A DNA stretch of 64,000 bases, from contig JBHGNT010000105.1 in NCBI GenBank assembly GCA_043228905.1, positions 1-64,000 on the forward strand, in the 5' to 3' direction. The notes beneath the pieces are model-generated. The model saw nothing but the letters and a program-made list of their open reading frames with translations, was not told where the DNA came from and ran no database searches. Every line of letters starts with the position of its first letter. Positions within the stretch are counted from its first letter, which is position 1. Both the position numbers and the translations under genes were made by a program. This DNA is from Azolla caroliniana (Eukaryota; Plantae; Polypodiophyta). Positions 27,470 through 40,441 of this stretch are shown in pieces.

Positions 27470-28704
27470 AATCTCAATTTGTTTTTTAAGTCTGCTGCTT
27501 CTCAGCATTCTACAATGATATTGCAAATATATGAACCTAGGATCTAACATATTGTACATAAGTAATGGACACACTAAATCCAGATGTATAGATGGTGAAT
27601 AATGACAATAAACATTTTGTACAAGTTGAATGAGTTATAGATGCATTATATCAAGATATATAGATAATGAATAATCCCAATTATGTATGCCTCCAAGAGA
27701 CTTGATATTGTCAAGGACTCTCCGGAATATGCTTCTCTTGATGTTGATGCCTTTTCCATGAAGGGTACCACTTCTAGTAAGTTTTAAGATCCAAAATATG
27801 TAACGTCCCTATTAAATTTACTTGGTGTTTTCAAAACCCTGCGTTGTTACACATGAGTACTACCTTCCCATGTACTCACTCTCTGGTTTGGCTAGAGGTC
27901 ATGAGCTAAAATGGTGATATTGATAAATTTTATGTGCGATTACTATTTTGTGGATCATGTTTTATTTTCAAACAGCAATTTCTAGGTTTCCAATCCTTTG
28001 ATGAACACTAGTCCCTAATAATTGAATATAATGCCATTGATGTTGAAAAGCTATATGCATAGGGAAACAAATTGGAGACTCAAAATTCAGCCACCTCGCT
28101 TCAGAATAAAGTTGTGCAAGGCATCAGAGTAGAACAATTAACAAAATCCATAGATTCCTTGTGACAGTGCAACACTCTATCATGTAAGTTAAGTGAAGAT
28201 ACCCATATTCAAGCAAAAGTTTGGAAAGTGACTAATAAATTAGTTATCAATTATAAAGGCATGAACAATTCTAATAATGATCTAAAATCTCGAAGTAACT
28301 TTACATGAAAAACACAGTACATTGATTTTCTGAAACCATGCCCTCCCATCCACTTACTTCTATTTAAATTTTATTTTCTTCAGTTCGATCCATCATACGA
28401 TTTAAACAATTGAAGATTGGCCTTGAACTCATAAAATATAAAGAACTGAGATATAAAAAGCAGAGCGATGCATGAATAATTCTTTTAGTAAATTAAGAAA
28501 TGCATTACTAACAGGCATATGTAAGTTGTAACAAATGGCAGAGAAATGCATTACTTAAAAGAACCATGGAAAGCATTGAATATATTCACATCAATACAAA
28601 AAACATCATTGTGCTGAAATGAGTACCCATGGGGCAGGAAGAAGAATATTTGACGAAGTTTAGAAGAACATGAGCAAGTAGTTATATTTAAGAGAAGGTT
28701 CTAA

Positions 28705-30283
28705 CTAGATGGTATTTCTAAGTACACAAACAACTAAGAAGGGTTTGGGAGTGACCTTGCCTTTAAGAGACTTCTTCTCTAATTCCAAGTCCTCATCAAG
28801 GGCAATCTCGATCATGCGGTGCCGATGTTTCACACGACCGGATGTGGAAGGAACATTGACAAAGTAAGCACTACTAGAGTTCGGAAGTTGGCCACAAGGA
28901 ATGTAGCTAAGGTAGGTCTTGTGGGAAGGCTCAGCGATATTATACCTAAGGATAGGTTGAACTATCCCTTGCTGTTTCCACCTCCCACCTTCCCTTGTCA
29001 TTCTATTCCTGGTCATGTTCCCTTTCTTTGTATACTCCGTAGTGCAACAAAAATAAAGACAACCCATAGTTGATGTGCCCATGAAGTGCCATGGATGACT
29101 GTTGTATACATTTGCATTGATCACAATGTTATCAAGGGCGTGAGGTTTGTTCTGCTTCTTTGCGCAAAGAAACTCAACCAAGCTTCGCTCTTGAATCAAG
29201 TGAGCATCGAGGTTCATCCGGCCAATATCGACATCGCTCGTCTGATACCGCACATCTGCATTATCAGAATTCATGAGTTCTAAGGATGTGGCTTTGTCTT
29301 CCCTAATGTCATCATCATTCTCCACTTGTAATTTGGGATACAAAACAGGCTGAAATATATTGGAGGTTGCATGAGCATGAGATGCCAACTGCATTTCTCG
29401 CTCTGGCCTACACAAATAATTGTACCACACAAGTGAGATCAATCAATATGCAAAAGGAAGAGCTCACTGAATTCAGTTATGTATTTCTGTATCAGAAGAA
29501 TCTTTAGATAATAAGTAACAAATAGCTACTTATGTTTATCTATGGTGTTCTAGTCATGAACTTATTGAAGCACAGCCAGCACAGTGCAGCCTCGTAAACA
29601 AAAGCTCATAATGTCCAAACGAATCCTGCAAGAAAAAAAAAACCTAATCCATACATAATGTGCCTCTACACTGTGATGGAAGTATCCACAAGACTCTAAA
29701 ACTTAAACCATAATGCTAGCACCAACTAAACCCTGATCCCAACAATCTCAACCATAACTTAAAACCACACCTAAACCCTGTAACTCCCCAAACCCTCAAA
29801 AGCGTCAAATAACGAGTCAAACCTTTGCCATTTGGAAAACCCGCTTCTGTCGTCAGAATGGATAGACCTCTTCATGATATGATGAGTCGCTGCAGCAGGG
29901 CTTCTTATACTGAGCTCAAGACACAGCTCTTCATTACAGGTTAGGGAAGAAGAATCCATACATTCATTTTCATCGTCATTACTAGCATGGTGGTGGTGGT
30001 GGTGGTAGCAGTTACCATCATCTTCCTGATCATGGTCGATTATCTGGATATGGCTGTATAGACCAGAAACTCTAGGAAGGGTACTGGGATTAAAGGCATC
30101 TAAATTCTCTGCATTCATTTCTTCTTCTTCTTCTTCTTCGTCTTCATTTTCCTCTTCTTCAATTTGGTGTTCTTCTTCTTTGAGCTTGGGATGAGTAGTC
30201 GTCGTCTTGGAGGGTGACTTATGCAGGAAAGGGTTCATAGGCCAAGTCTTCTTCTTCTTCTTCATCATCATCATCATCATCAT
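28705..30283 (-). CDS. Highly divergent NAC-domain-like protein with acidic N-terminus, EAR-like motif and C-terminal NAC domain (~387 aa, 2-exon model)
   Basis: Exon 30283-29823 (donor AG|GTTTGA, phase 2) joins exon 29407-28705 (acceptor TTTGTGTAG|G) in frame. The C-terminal part follows NAC subdomain order: SLVEFLCAKK, IVINANVYNSHPWHF, LYFCC..RNRMTREGGRWKQQG, KTYLSY, RVKHRHRMIEIAL, FLVVCVLR. LCLEL lies at 29926-29912. Confidence 0.7.
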
Positions 30284-30450
30284 CAGATTCTTCTCCCTTC
30301 TTCTGTCTGTGGCTCATCATCCTCCTCCTCATCATCATCATCATCGTCATTATCTGAATGGATGAATTGCATGAGAGGCGTGAACAGAGGCATGGACAGA
30401 GAGAGAGACAGAGAGAGAGACAGAGAAAGATAGAGAGAGCGTGTGTGTGT

Positions 30451-30470
30451 CACGTGTGTGTGACACGTGG
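30451..30470. promoter_or_regulatory. Paired G-box/ABRE cores upstream of the NAC-like gene
   Basis: CACGTG at 30451-30456 and 30464-30469. The second is in GACACGTGG, which is the ACGTGTC ABRE on the minus strand. Confidence 0.45.
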
Positions 30471-30578
30471 ACAAAGCCCATTGGTAGGGCCACCCTATGT
30501 GGCGTGATTCGATTTGCCGTCTTCATCTGCCTAAGTGACCCCACCTCACCTCACCTCCTCACTTCACTTCACAAAGGC

Positions 30579-30616
<38 letters not shown>

Positions 30617-30734
30617 CACACCTCTGCATTTGCAATTTGTCTTGTCGCTACTTATGTATGTACATGTATATAGGTATGTATATAGGTTGGATGATGTCTC
30701 TTCTCATCCTATATAGGGCAGGCACATACATACA

Positions 30735-30760
<26 letters not shown>

Positions 30761-30765
<5 letters not shown>

Positions 30766-30956
30766 GCATCCCCTGTGCCATGCATGCATGCATGCTTGGT
30801 ACATGTTGTGTGTTCCATACACAAGACCAAAAAGAGAGATATCCAAATTACGAAGGATGGACAGACATTTGGCGTTGTGTGCACTTTTGGTCTTGTGTAT
30901 GGAACACACAACATGTACCACGCATGCATGCATGCATGGCACAGGGGATGCATATG
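30761..30956. repeat. Near-perfect inverted repeat (72-bp arms, 52-nt loop): foldback MITE or hairpin/MIRNA precursor
   Basis: Arm 30761-30832 is the reverse complement of 30885-30956 with one mismatch. Both arms carry (CATG)n RY runs. Confidence 0.92.
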
Positions 30957-31593
30957 CATGTATGAAGCATCAGCGATCTTGTTGTTGGGGAACACTGAGA
31001 AATGGTGATCTTGTCCATGAGTGATAGTAATGAGGCAATTCATCAAAAAAGAAAACATGGAGCAACATAGCTCCCCGACCCGGTGCAACACTTGAAGGAT
31101 TGATTGTAACTAAGTGAAGCATTGGTTTTTGTTTCCAGTTTGTCTTTTCACCTACTCATCGGTTCAAATGGCTTGCTACGGAAATGTATGAGTATTAGTT
31201 TTTACAATGCAATCCTGATATTTTTCAACCCTGGTGATTCCCTTGTGATGGAAAGCTTATCGTTGTCAATGTTAATTGTAAAATTTTCATGGTTAGCTCA
31301 TGTACCTATAAACTACTAATAGTTTTTCCATATGTCTATAGCTTTGATATGACATATAAAGGCAATACTTCCACATTGTGCATTCATTGGTAATGTTGTC
31401 TTCTTTCTAGGGATTCAAATCTTGGTGTATCACATCCTGTACACATTCAAATGTGCACTTACAACCTTGTACTAGTGTCTAGCATGTGAATGCACTTGTA
31501 GTTTGAGGGATGTACATTGTAAAGTAGTCCTCTCACATAATCCCTACACTCTTTCCCCACTACAATCTTTCTCATCAAGAAATGGCCACCACA

Positions 31594-31843
31594 AAGGATT
31601 TCGCATCTTGGCCTTACAATCATGTGCAAGGTTGCATCGATTGATCGTATTTTAGGATGTAAGTTTGATGTATCCCCATATCATGTGAACATGAGTTTGG
31701 ATTTCCCATGGCCAATAGCCATTGCTAAGGATTTTACCTCTTGGCCTTACAATCACGCATGACGCGGCATGAATTGATGGTATTTTAGGATGTACATTCA
31801 ATATATCCCTATAGGGTGTGAACATGGGTTTGGATGTCCCATG
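31594..31843. repeat. Diverged two-copy ~133-bp direct repeat
   Basis: AAGGATTT....TCTTGGCCTTACAATCA...GTATTTTAGGATGTA...TGTGAACATG.GTTTGGAT.TCCCATG occurs at ~31594 and ~31727. Confidence 0.85.
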
Positions 31844-34800
31844 TTAATGGTATATCGTTTTCTCTTTGAAACTTATTCCTAACATCGTTCCAATTAGTTA
31901 TTTGACATATATCCATAGTTCAATCCAAAGAGATTCATTTTATTGCCAACCAAGTCCTAGAAAATTGATAGCCAAACTTAGTGGGCAATGGTTTGGGGTA
32001 CTAAGACAAATAATGAGAACCTAGTGCCATTCTTTGAACTCCCAATTGCTTTAGACTTAAACATGGGTGAGCTTCAAATATCACAATCATGTAATTTTCA
32101 ACAACATATGGTTTACTTATATGAAGCCATATTCTATAATTGTATACCAACATTACCAAATCAGCAACAAGCAAGTATAGTCACTCATGAACGGGATATC
32201 CGCATTGTATGACAAGTGGAATAACCATTTCGTTAAAATAAACATAATGGGCAATGTTTGTGCAAAGGTGTGATAATGGAATACCATTCTTTATGCGTGT
32301 TCTCTAGGATATCCCTTGTGTGGATTCGAAACAAATTTGTTTTAGATTGAAAATATTTTTATCAATAAGGTCATTAGCCTACATAGATTTGAATTGTGTG
32401 TGCTCTTCTAAGCATTTAGTGTGCTCATCATTTCTAATTGATAACCCATCATAGATGCAAACCTTCTTATCTCAAAATTGCACAATCAACTGATTTTGAA
32501 TTTTGAATTTTGAATATCATGTAACTTGAGGTACTCCAAGGTACATGACGGAAAAGCATGTCCAAAACAAGTAATGAGGGTTCCTTCTCATTTGTGGAAA
32601 CATGAATCATGATGCTTTCGTGTGATGAAAGATTACAAGAGTACCATTAAGCTAGTTTATGTAGACCACTTCTAGATCATGCTAAAGGTATACGAGCCTA
32701 ATCAAATCTTTATAAAATCTGCGTTGAAGTTCAATGAATTCGTGGATGAAAGGTTTCACAATTGATTGATTTGTTACTAGGAATACATATGGCAAGAAAT
32801 ATGGCACTAGTACGAAAAGATACATGACATGAATTTTGTCGACGAGATGGCATGCATATTTATGACAAGAAACCATTTGGCTTAGCGTGCATGCATCATT
32901 TTGAAAATATATTGAACACATCTTCAAATATACGAATTATCGCATTGTGAATCATGAAATGATTTCAGCATTGTATTGGGTTGGTGTTGTCTGACCACTG
33001 ACACCCATCTTCCCCAACCATAGTTGTCCAATATATGTGCAATTTACATCACCATCAAAGATGAGGCATTGATATGAAGGGCAACATATGACTCATAATT
33101 TATATAAAGCATAGCATGTGGTCATGGTTTTGAAGTGTGTATAATTATCATTCATTGTATTTATCGACGAGAGACAACAACATGAGTTCCGAACACTTGT
33201 TTCCTTTGTCTTTTTATTATCTTCAGACATTAGCACACATGCACTTGTCCTTTATCGGTAATGTCCCTTCTTATGTATCATGTTTTAAATTAGAGGTATG
33301 ACATGATAAGTTTACAATGATATCTATTAGGTAACATATACTATAGTCATGTTCATAATTTGTTCCTCTAGTTATTTCATCTCTCAACGTGGATGTATAA
33401 TATACACATTTTGTACAGTAAAATTAAGAACTAGAAACATGGTATGGTTTGATTTTTATTATAATCGAAACTAAACAATGGTTTAAAAAGGTTTTCCCCT
33501 ATACCTTGGATCCATTGTGCAATTCTAGTTTGAGAAGAGTTTGATATGTGATATCAATCCTGAGTTTATATTCTACCAAATGTTCCTAATGGCCTCCGTC
33601 TATTCCCGTCTATCTAAGCGATGATATGGTCAACTCATCGTCTTTTTTTCTTTTAGAGATTGACTAAGATTGTTTGGGAATTGACGAAAAAGTTAAGGGC
33701 ATTTGGGAGGCTATGATGGATCATTGATACAACATACTTGCGAAAATAATGTGAAACGACTTGCGTCGTTAAATTTGGCATGAATACCTATGTATTCGTA
33801 TAAAAGTATGTTTGATAATGAAATGTGAGACATAAAAGAAAGTTGGCACACTATTTAGAAATTTGAGAGCTACTAAAAAGAGGATATTCTTAGATAATTT
33901 AAGAATATCATTCATTTAAGCACTATTTTAGTACTACCATATGACTAAAATTGATGATATTCGACATAAATAATTGGCTATTCTTGGAAACAACAAACTG
34001 ATTAAGCAACGAGATTATCTCCTAGACATGAATTTTGAGTCTTGTCATATTTATCGACACAATGCTAATAACAAGCATCTAAATTAACATTTGGGTTATG
34101 TACAAGAATCTTACATGTCCAAGAATTTTATCACTTCCACACTATGAATGTGATTTGCTATCTTAACAAAGGTGGTGCACTCTATGGTCATTGCATACCT
34201 TTTCATTTTCACACTCGAAGGCGCATTTATATTCAAGACCATCAAAGAGAATCAATGTGATCATCACGTATCTCCTAAATAGAATTGTCGTTCCATGGAA
34301 AGAAAAGTGTTAGATGGTGAACCACCCAAATATGAACATGCCATTAAATACATGAGCCTCATGTTAGACATATTGGATGCAAACACCATGTAAATTCTAT
34401 TTGTAAGTCAATCAAATGTCGCCGATAATGTAGAATACTCGTCAAAAGTTTGGTTTTTGTGCACATTTGTACGACTTCTTTTTTTCATATACATATTCGA
34501 TACCCTTTGCTGAGGAAAGTTGATATGACATCCCCTGATAAACTAGTATAACCATTATTTTTGGAGGAATATGTCGACAATGAATGCTATATCAAACTCA
34601 TTGTTAAAAGGGGCACTTGTTGCATAATAATATATATGTGGTCCATGTTGGAGCCCAACCCAAGGGACTCTCCTATGTCATTGAAGCTTCAACAATCAAG
34701 ATTTTTTTCCCTAACGTGTGGAGAAATCTCAATGAAGTATCAAAAGCTCATAATTGTGTGCAAACTTATAATCAAATTGGCTTCTAATTACATGTTTGAT

Positions 34801-35926
34801 ATGTTATTTAGCAACTTCGATTGGGAGATCAATTAATCAAGATGGTTAGGTTTATTAACCAAATACAAAATCTGCAAATGTTTGGGGGTATGCTCTATAT
34901 GTAAATAATGGACATCTATCTAGTTTCACTAAAAGTGTTATTAATATGTTGCTAACTAACGTCATAGGGTATTGGACTAGTTTACTTGTCCTGGGATTTG
35001 TATCGATTTCCAAAAGAGGGAAGACATATGAATGTCCACATTAGTATAGTAGCTAGTTAATAATGGATGGCATTTGTTAGGTAAGATGTGACAAAAGTAA
35101 GGACCACGAATAGTTTATGCGAAGATGGATTGGATGACTTTAAGAATACGTCACATTCTATAAGTATGTCAATAGCACCACGACACTTTGATATACCATG
35201 CTATAGGTGGAGTAGTATTATCATCACATGTGTGCTTTAGAGACAACTTAATGGTCCTTTTGTTTACGTACATGTGTCAACGACAGCTCTATATGGGGTT
35301 TGAAGGATCATGCGTAAAGGAAGAGGGGTAATTTCAACCGAGTGAGTGAAGGGTAGTATTGAGGGGGGGGGGGGGTAATTGGATAGATGGCATGGGAAGA
35401 GTTTTTGCTTGGTTCTCTTGTGTGGGACATGTTTGAAGTACATTTGGCAACAAAAATACAATCAATCCGAAGGGGAAGGGGGGTATTTTAGGAATTAGGG
35501 TAAAGGCAAAGAAAAAGGGTATTTCTAGAAATTGTCCTAAAAAGGGTTGGAACTTTGGGGAAACATGAAGGATTTTAGATGTGTTGCTTTTGTGAAGCTT
35601 TTTAGGGCTGAACAGAGCTGAACAGAGCTGAACAGAGAAGCGCAGAAAAGAACAGAGCAAATTGTATGTATGATGTACATATAGAGATTATTCATTCATT
35701 CATTGAATGCAAATGACCCACCTCACTCATGGATTTATGAAAGTCGACACTACAAACAGAATTCTATTCTTCTGTCTTTGCTTTTCGAAAAGAAACACCA
35801 TAAAATATCATGTGATGAAGAAATTGAAATAATTTCCTTTCCTTCTCCTCCTTCTCAAAATTAAGTGGCTATAGATCAATCACCGAAGCAACAGACAGAC
35901 AGTCACAGAGCTTTTGAAAAACTATA

Positions 35927-38552
35927 ATGGATCGCCTCATGAACCTCATTTTCCTCTTCCTCTCCCTCCCCCTCGTTTCTCGTTCAGGTCTCTCTAAAAT
36001 CAATTTAAAAACTCGCCCCTAAAACCCTAACAATTGATTTATCTTCTATTTTCGCTTGCATTCAGTTTTATACAGATTCTCTGTGTCCCTTCATTTTCGC
36101 TTCTTCTTTCCTTCGTTTTAACTTGATCTTGAAATCGGGCTTACAAATTCCTTCTATACTCAAACATAGTTTTTATTTTTTACTTCAATTTGTACGCATT
36201 TAACTTCCTGTTTTTTTCCCCCCTTGATTTTAAATAGAACTGAACCCAAAACCCTAAAACTGTCCTTTTTCCCTTTATTATTTACACAGATTGTATCTTA
36301 GATCCATAATTCCATCTTAAACCCTACTTCCTTCATCACGGTTGTTTTCCTCCATTTAAAGTTTCACGGATTAAATCCAGAATTGTTTGTCTTTTTACTT
36401 GATGTTGGTCTATACTCTCATTGCATTACTGTTTTTGTTTGTAGTTAAAACTAAAACACATCATGCAAACCCCCACAGTTCTAGTACAGTTCTTACATAT
36501 ATATGAGTCATGACATTGGGGCCTAAAATTTAAAAAGAAAGAGCACAACAGTTGCATTCCTTTTTGCGGAGTCTCTATTGATCAAGACCTACTACCTAAT
36601 AGGGATGTCTCTCTACAGTCATTTGACATATTCTCCTCAAAGCATTTGATGGGTTTTCTATAGGATTTTTGCTTATTAGAGCACATTGACTTGTTATCAG
36701 GTTAAAGCCCTACTACCGACTCTCTGTTAAAGATTTTCTGACTATATGATCATTCTAAATGAGTCTGCATTATAGGGGCAATAGTAGTAAATTCTTACAA
36801 CGGTGATTTCCATGTTATGGTAATTTTGACATATTTCAATCTTCAAATCCTCACAGATGAAATTATAGTGGTGGAAGGGGCAAGACCCCCTGCATTGTTT
36901 GTGTTTGGGGACTCCTATGCAGACACAGGGAACCATGACAAACAAAACCCTAATTTGTCACAACCTTGGAAAGCGCCTTATGGCCATACTTGGCCCGGGA
37001 GTCCAGCCGGCCGGTTCTCGGATGGCTTCGTGCTCACCGATTACATCGGTAACTTCTCTTTTATTCCCCTTCAAGTACATATTATCATGAAGAAACCGTT
37101 ATATCCATACCTTCCTAGGTAACTAGGAGTCAATTCATGCAGACTAAAAAATTTGAACTAGGAGACAAATTTGAACTTACTGGACATATCCCCAAATTCT
37201 GTTCCTCCACTTGTTGAAACCTGCTGATGGTATATATTGTATGCATGTGAAGAAGAGACAAAGGAATGTTTTAATTTGGGCTCCTGATTGAGGTGACATT
37301 TCTTGTTTAAACTGCAGCAAGATTTCTGAATCTACCATCGCCAGCAGCATTCCGATCGTTGCCCGAAGGAGAGATGCTGGAAACCGGAGTGAATTTCGCA
37401 TACGGCGGAAGTGGGCTCTTCGACACCTACGGCCCCGATTTCGTCAACATCAGTACGCAAATCGATCAGTTCCAGCAAATCTCAAGCGGCAAGCCCATCG
37501 ATTACCAGAACTCTTTGGTGCTCTTTGTATATGGTGGTAATGACTACAGCACCCACATTCAAAAATCTGGTCGAAAGGTATGGGGTTCCTTTTTCTGTTT
37601 TTTATTTTCCAAAATATGTAATCCATATGTCTCTCTATTCATCTCACTGAATCGAATCACACATGTGTTGGGGTGGGGGGCCAAGGCCATCTACACTATT
37701 CAGATTTGTATTGAGATAGGTTCGTAAGTTTGGAACCCTTTTGCCTCAGTAAATTTAAACCTCACTTAATGACGCCAATCTACTCTATTCAGATTTGTAT
37801 TGGGATATATAGGTCCCTAAGTTTGGAACCCTCTTGCCTCAGTAAATTTACCACACTTAATGGGGCCAATCTACTCTATTCAGCTTTGTATTGGGATATA
37901 TAGGTCCCTAAGTTTAGAACCCTGCCAATCTCATTTCAGGGCATACCTTTCCTCATCACAAGAGTGGTGAGCCGAATGTCGACGGAGCTCATGAGGTTGC
38001 ACGACATTGGATTCCGCAGGTTTGCCATCACAAACTTGGAGCCTGCGGGTTGCTTGCCATTCATCACCACACCGAAGAGCATGGCTAACTGTAGCCGGAC
38101 GGACAACGTGCTGAGCTCGGTCCATAACCGCATCCTCGCGCAAATGCTCGTCACAATGCGCACGTTCCGTGGTCGCGACTCTAAGTACATCATCTTGGAT
38201 CAATACAAGACCTTCCTTGACGTGCTCTCGTCGAGCTCTGACTACGGTAAATCCTTCTAGATGATTTGTCATATAATCTACTTTTGCCTCCATGTCGTTG
38301 TAAAAGAAACAAACAATCTTAGCAAGTCTTGTGGTGCCAGGTTTTTCTAAGGACGTAGTATTACAATCATGTTGTCAAGGTATGGAGAAGGGAGCAAAGT
38401 GTGGAAGTGTGGATGATCAAGGGAAACCCCTCTACTCGGTTTGTCCGGATTCCACCCGAATCTTTTTTTGGGATGGTGCCCATCCCACCCAAGCTGGATG
38501 GGACGCAGTTACCCAACACTATCAAAGCCAAATCATTGATTCCTTCAATTAA
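35927..38552 (+). CDS. GDSL/SGNH esterase-lipase (~343 aa, 5 exons, signal peptide)
   Basis: Exons 35927-35987, 36857-37048, 37318-37577, 37940-38246 and 38341-38552 total 1032 nt in frame. Blocks: FVFGDSYADTGN, GRFSDG, GVNFAYGGSG, GGNDY and FFWDGAHPT. The N-terminus MDRLMNLIFLFLSLPLVS is hydrophobic. Confidence 0.95.
37688..37930. repeat. Three-copy ~90-bp tandem repeat in GDSL intron 3
   Basis: CCA(A)TCTAC(T/A)CTATTCAG(A/C)TTTGTATTG...TAAGTTT(G/A)GAACCC recurs at ~37688, ~37775 and ~37866. Confidence 0.9.
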
Positions 38553-40441
38553 TCCTTCTCAATTCTACAATGAAAGGATAGGAGTTGCTTGTATGCACAT
38601 GCCGAGGTCTATTATCCTCCCCCGCATCTACATTGTATAAAAGATAATGATAAAAGGGTCTTGGTTTCCCTACCTTTCAACAAACCGCCAAATATAGTTT
38701 TTTTCTGAAGTAAAAAGGTATCTCTTTTCCGTGTTGGTATCTTGAACCACAATAGTTAATCGATCTTTATGAGGAAATTTTCCTTCGATATATTTTTCTT
38801 CTTCTTTGAGGTGAGGTTTTGAAGTTAATGTTGAATGTGTGGCATAAACAAAGGAAAACATAATCTCGAAATTTAGTAGTTGATGTCTCAATTGAAGATT
38901 GGAATCAAGCCACTCCAAAACTTGTAATGCTACTTCAACCAACTAAACCAGAATAACAACCAAAACGTTTTTGTGGGGTGGTGCCAATAATAAAACCATA
39001 AAGCTCAAGCAAGCAAAATAAATTAACAATACAAATGGGTGCTACCAAAATATTCTATGAGATCCAAGTATGTTCTTGAATTTGTTCTTTTTTTAAAAAG
39101 CAATTGCAACTTGTTGGCAAAACTAGGCAAAAATTTCCAAGACAAACATCATCTAGGTTTTAACCTTATGAATGAATATTTCCAAGAAGTTCTAACTAGA
39201 AATTGATATGTCACTGTAGCCATACCATCATCTTGAGTTTATTCTTGTGAATGAATGCAACAAGGTTGGTTGTAACTACATACAAATTGAGATGCCAATC
39301 AGGTTTTCTCGCACCCATATCAAACAATACAACTTCAATATAGAGTTCTTCACATTTGAACTAAACTAAATAAAAATTTACCTGTGGAAGTTGAGATAGG
39401 TTGAATTTCTTTTGATTCTTGTATAAATCTAAAATTTTAATAGGTTGAAATAGCATTAATAGACCAATGTATATATAGACTGTAGCAAGAGATTGAGATA
39501 GATTGGAACCTTTGAAACCTGCAACGCTCAATGTTATGCTTAAGAATTTTGCAACGATGATAAAAAGTAGCTTTATGAACTTCACTTACATATCGTTTCA
39601 GAAACAATTAAGTCTTTGGATAGCTTTACATGAGACAAATGACAAAGGTCACACAATATGCTTCAATGACATCAGGTGGTTATATAAATCGTCTTGGCCC
39701 ACATCATCAAAACGTGGACTAAAGTGATAAAGTTAGTACTTGTACCACCCCTTGGAAGATGATGAAAACAAGGATTACTATCTGGATTCAGTCATTCAGG
39801 TGGATAAAGTGGTTACTTTCATTTAAAATAAACCAGCTACAACCTGGGAGATTAGCAGAAAAACAGGCTTACAATAGATGGAGGCCTGGATATTCCACTC
39901 AAGTAGAAAAGAGGCGTTTCTATCAAATAGGTTTAATGGACGTACGTTCCTGAGTATTAAAAGTTTAAGAAGAAAGAGAGCTTCATTGCATTGTGGGTGA
40001 TGTGGAACAACATAAGAAATTCCTTACATTTTCTCTTACCAAAGCATTTACATACAAGGACGTTCTTGTGCATCACTTTCAATTAAAATGAGGGGCTCAA
40101 AGTTTGTGAATTCCTTTGGTGGTTTGAACAGATTCCCTATAGCTTATCAAGAAAAGGTTATTTCACCCAAATGATCAGATTTTAGGCAAATCTAAGTTAG
40201 AACTTAGGAGCACTGATCTATCATTGATTAATCATGTCTCTTACCACAAAATATTCAGATATATGTTATAATAAAAGGCCTTCGTCCATACAACTCACAT
40301 CCATAGGGTGGATCTAGCAGCTTCAACACAAAAAGAAGGCCATCAAAAAAAGAGCCTAAATAGTAAACGGGAAGGGGGGGTTACCGAAGGTTCAAATAGA
40401 ATGATTTTCCAAAATAGAACAATGGTCGGAGAAACAAATCT

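Noticed and set aside
30441-31091. Multiple overlapping ORFs on both strands
   Set aside because: Artefacts of microsatellites and the inverted repeat, with no protein-like composition.
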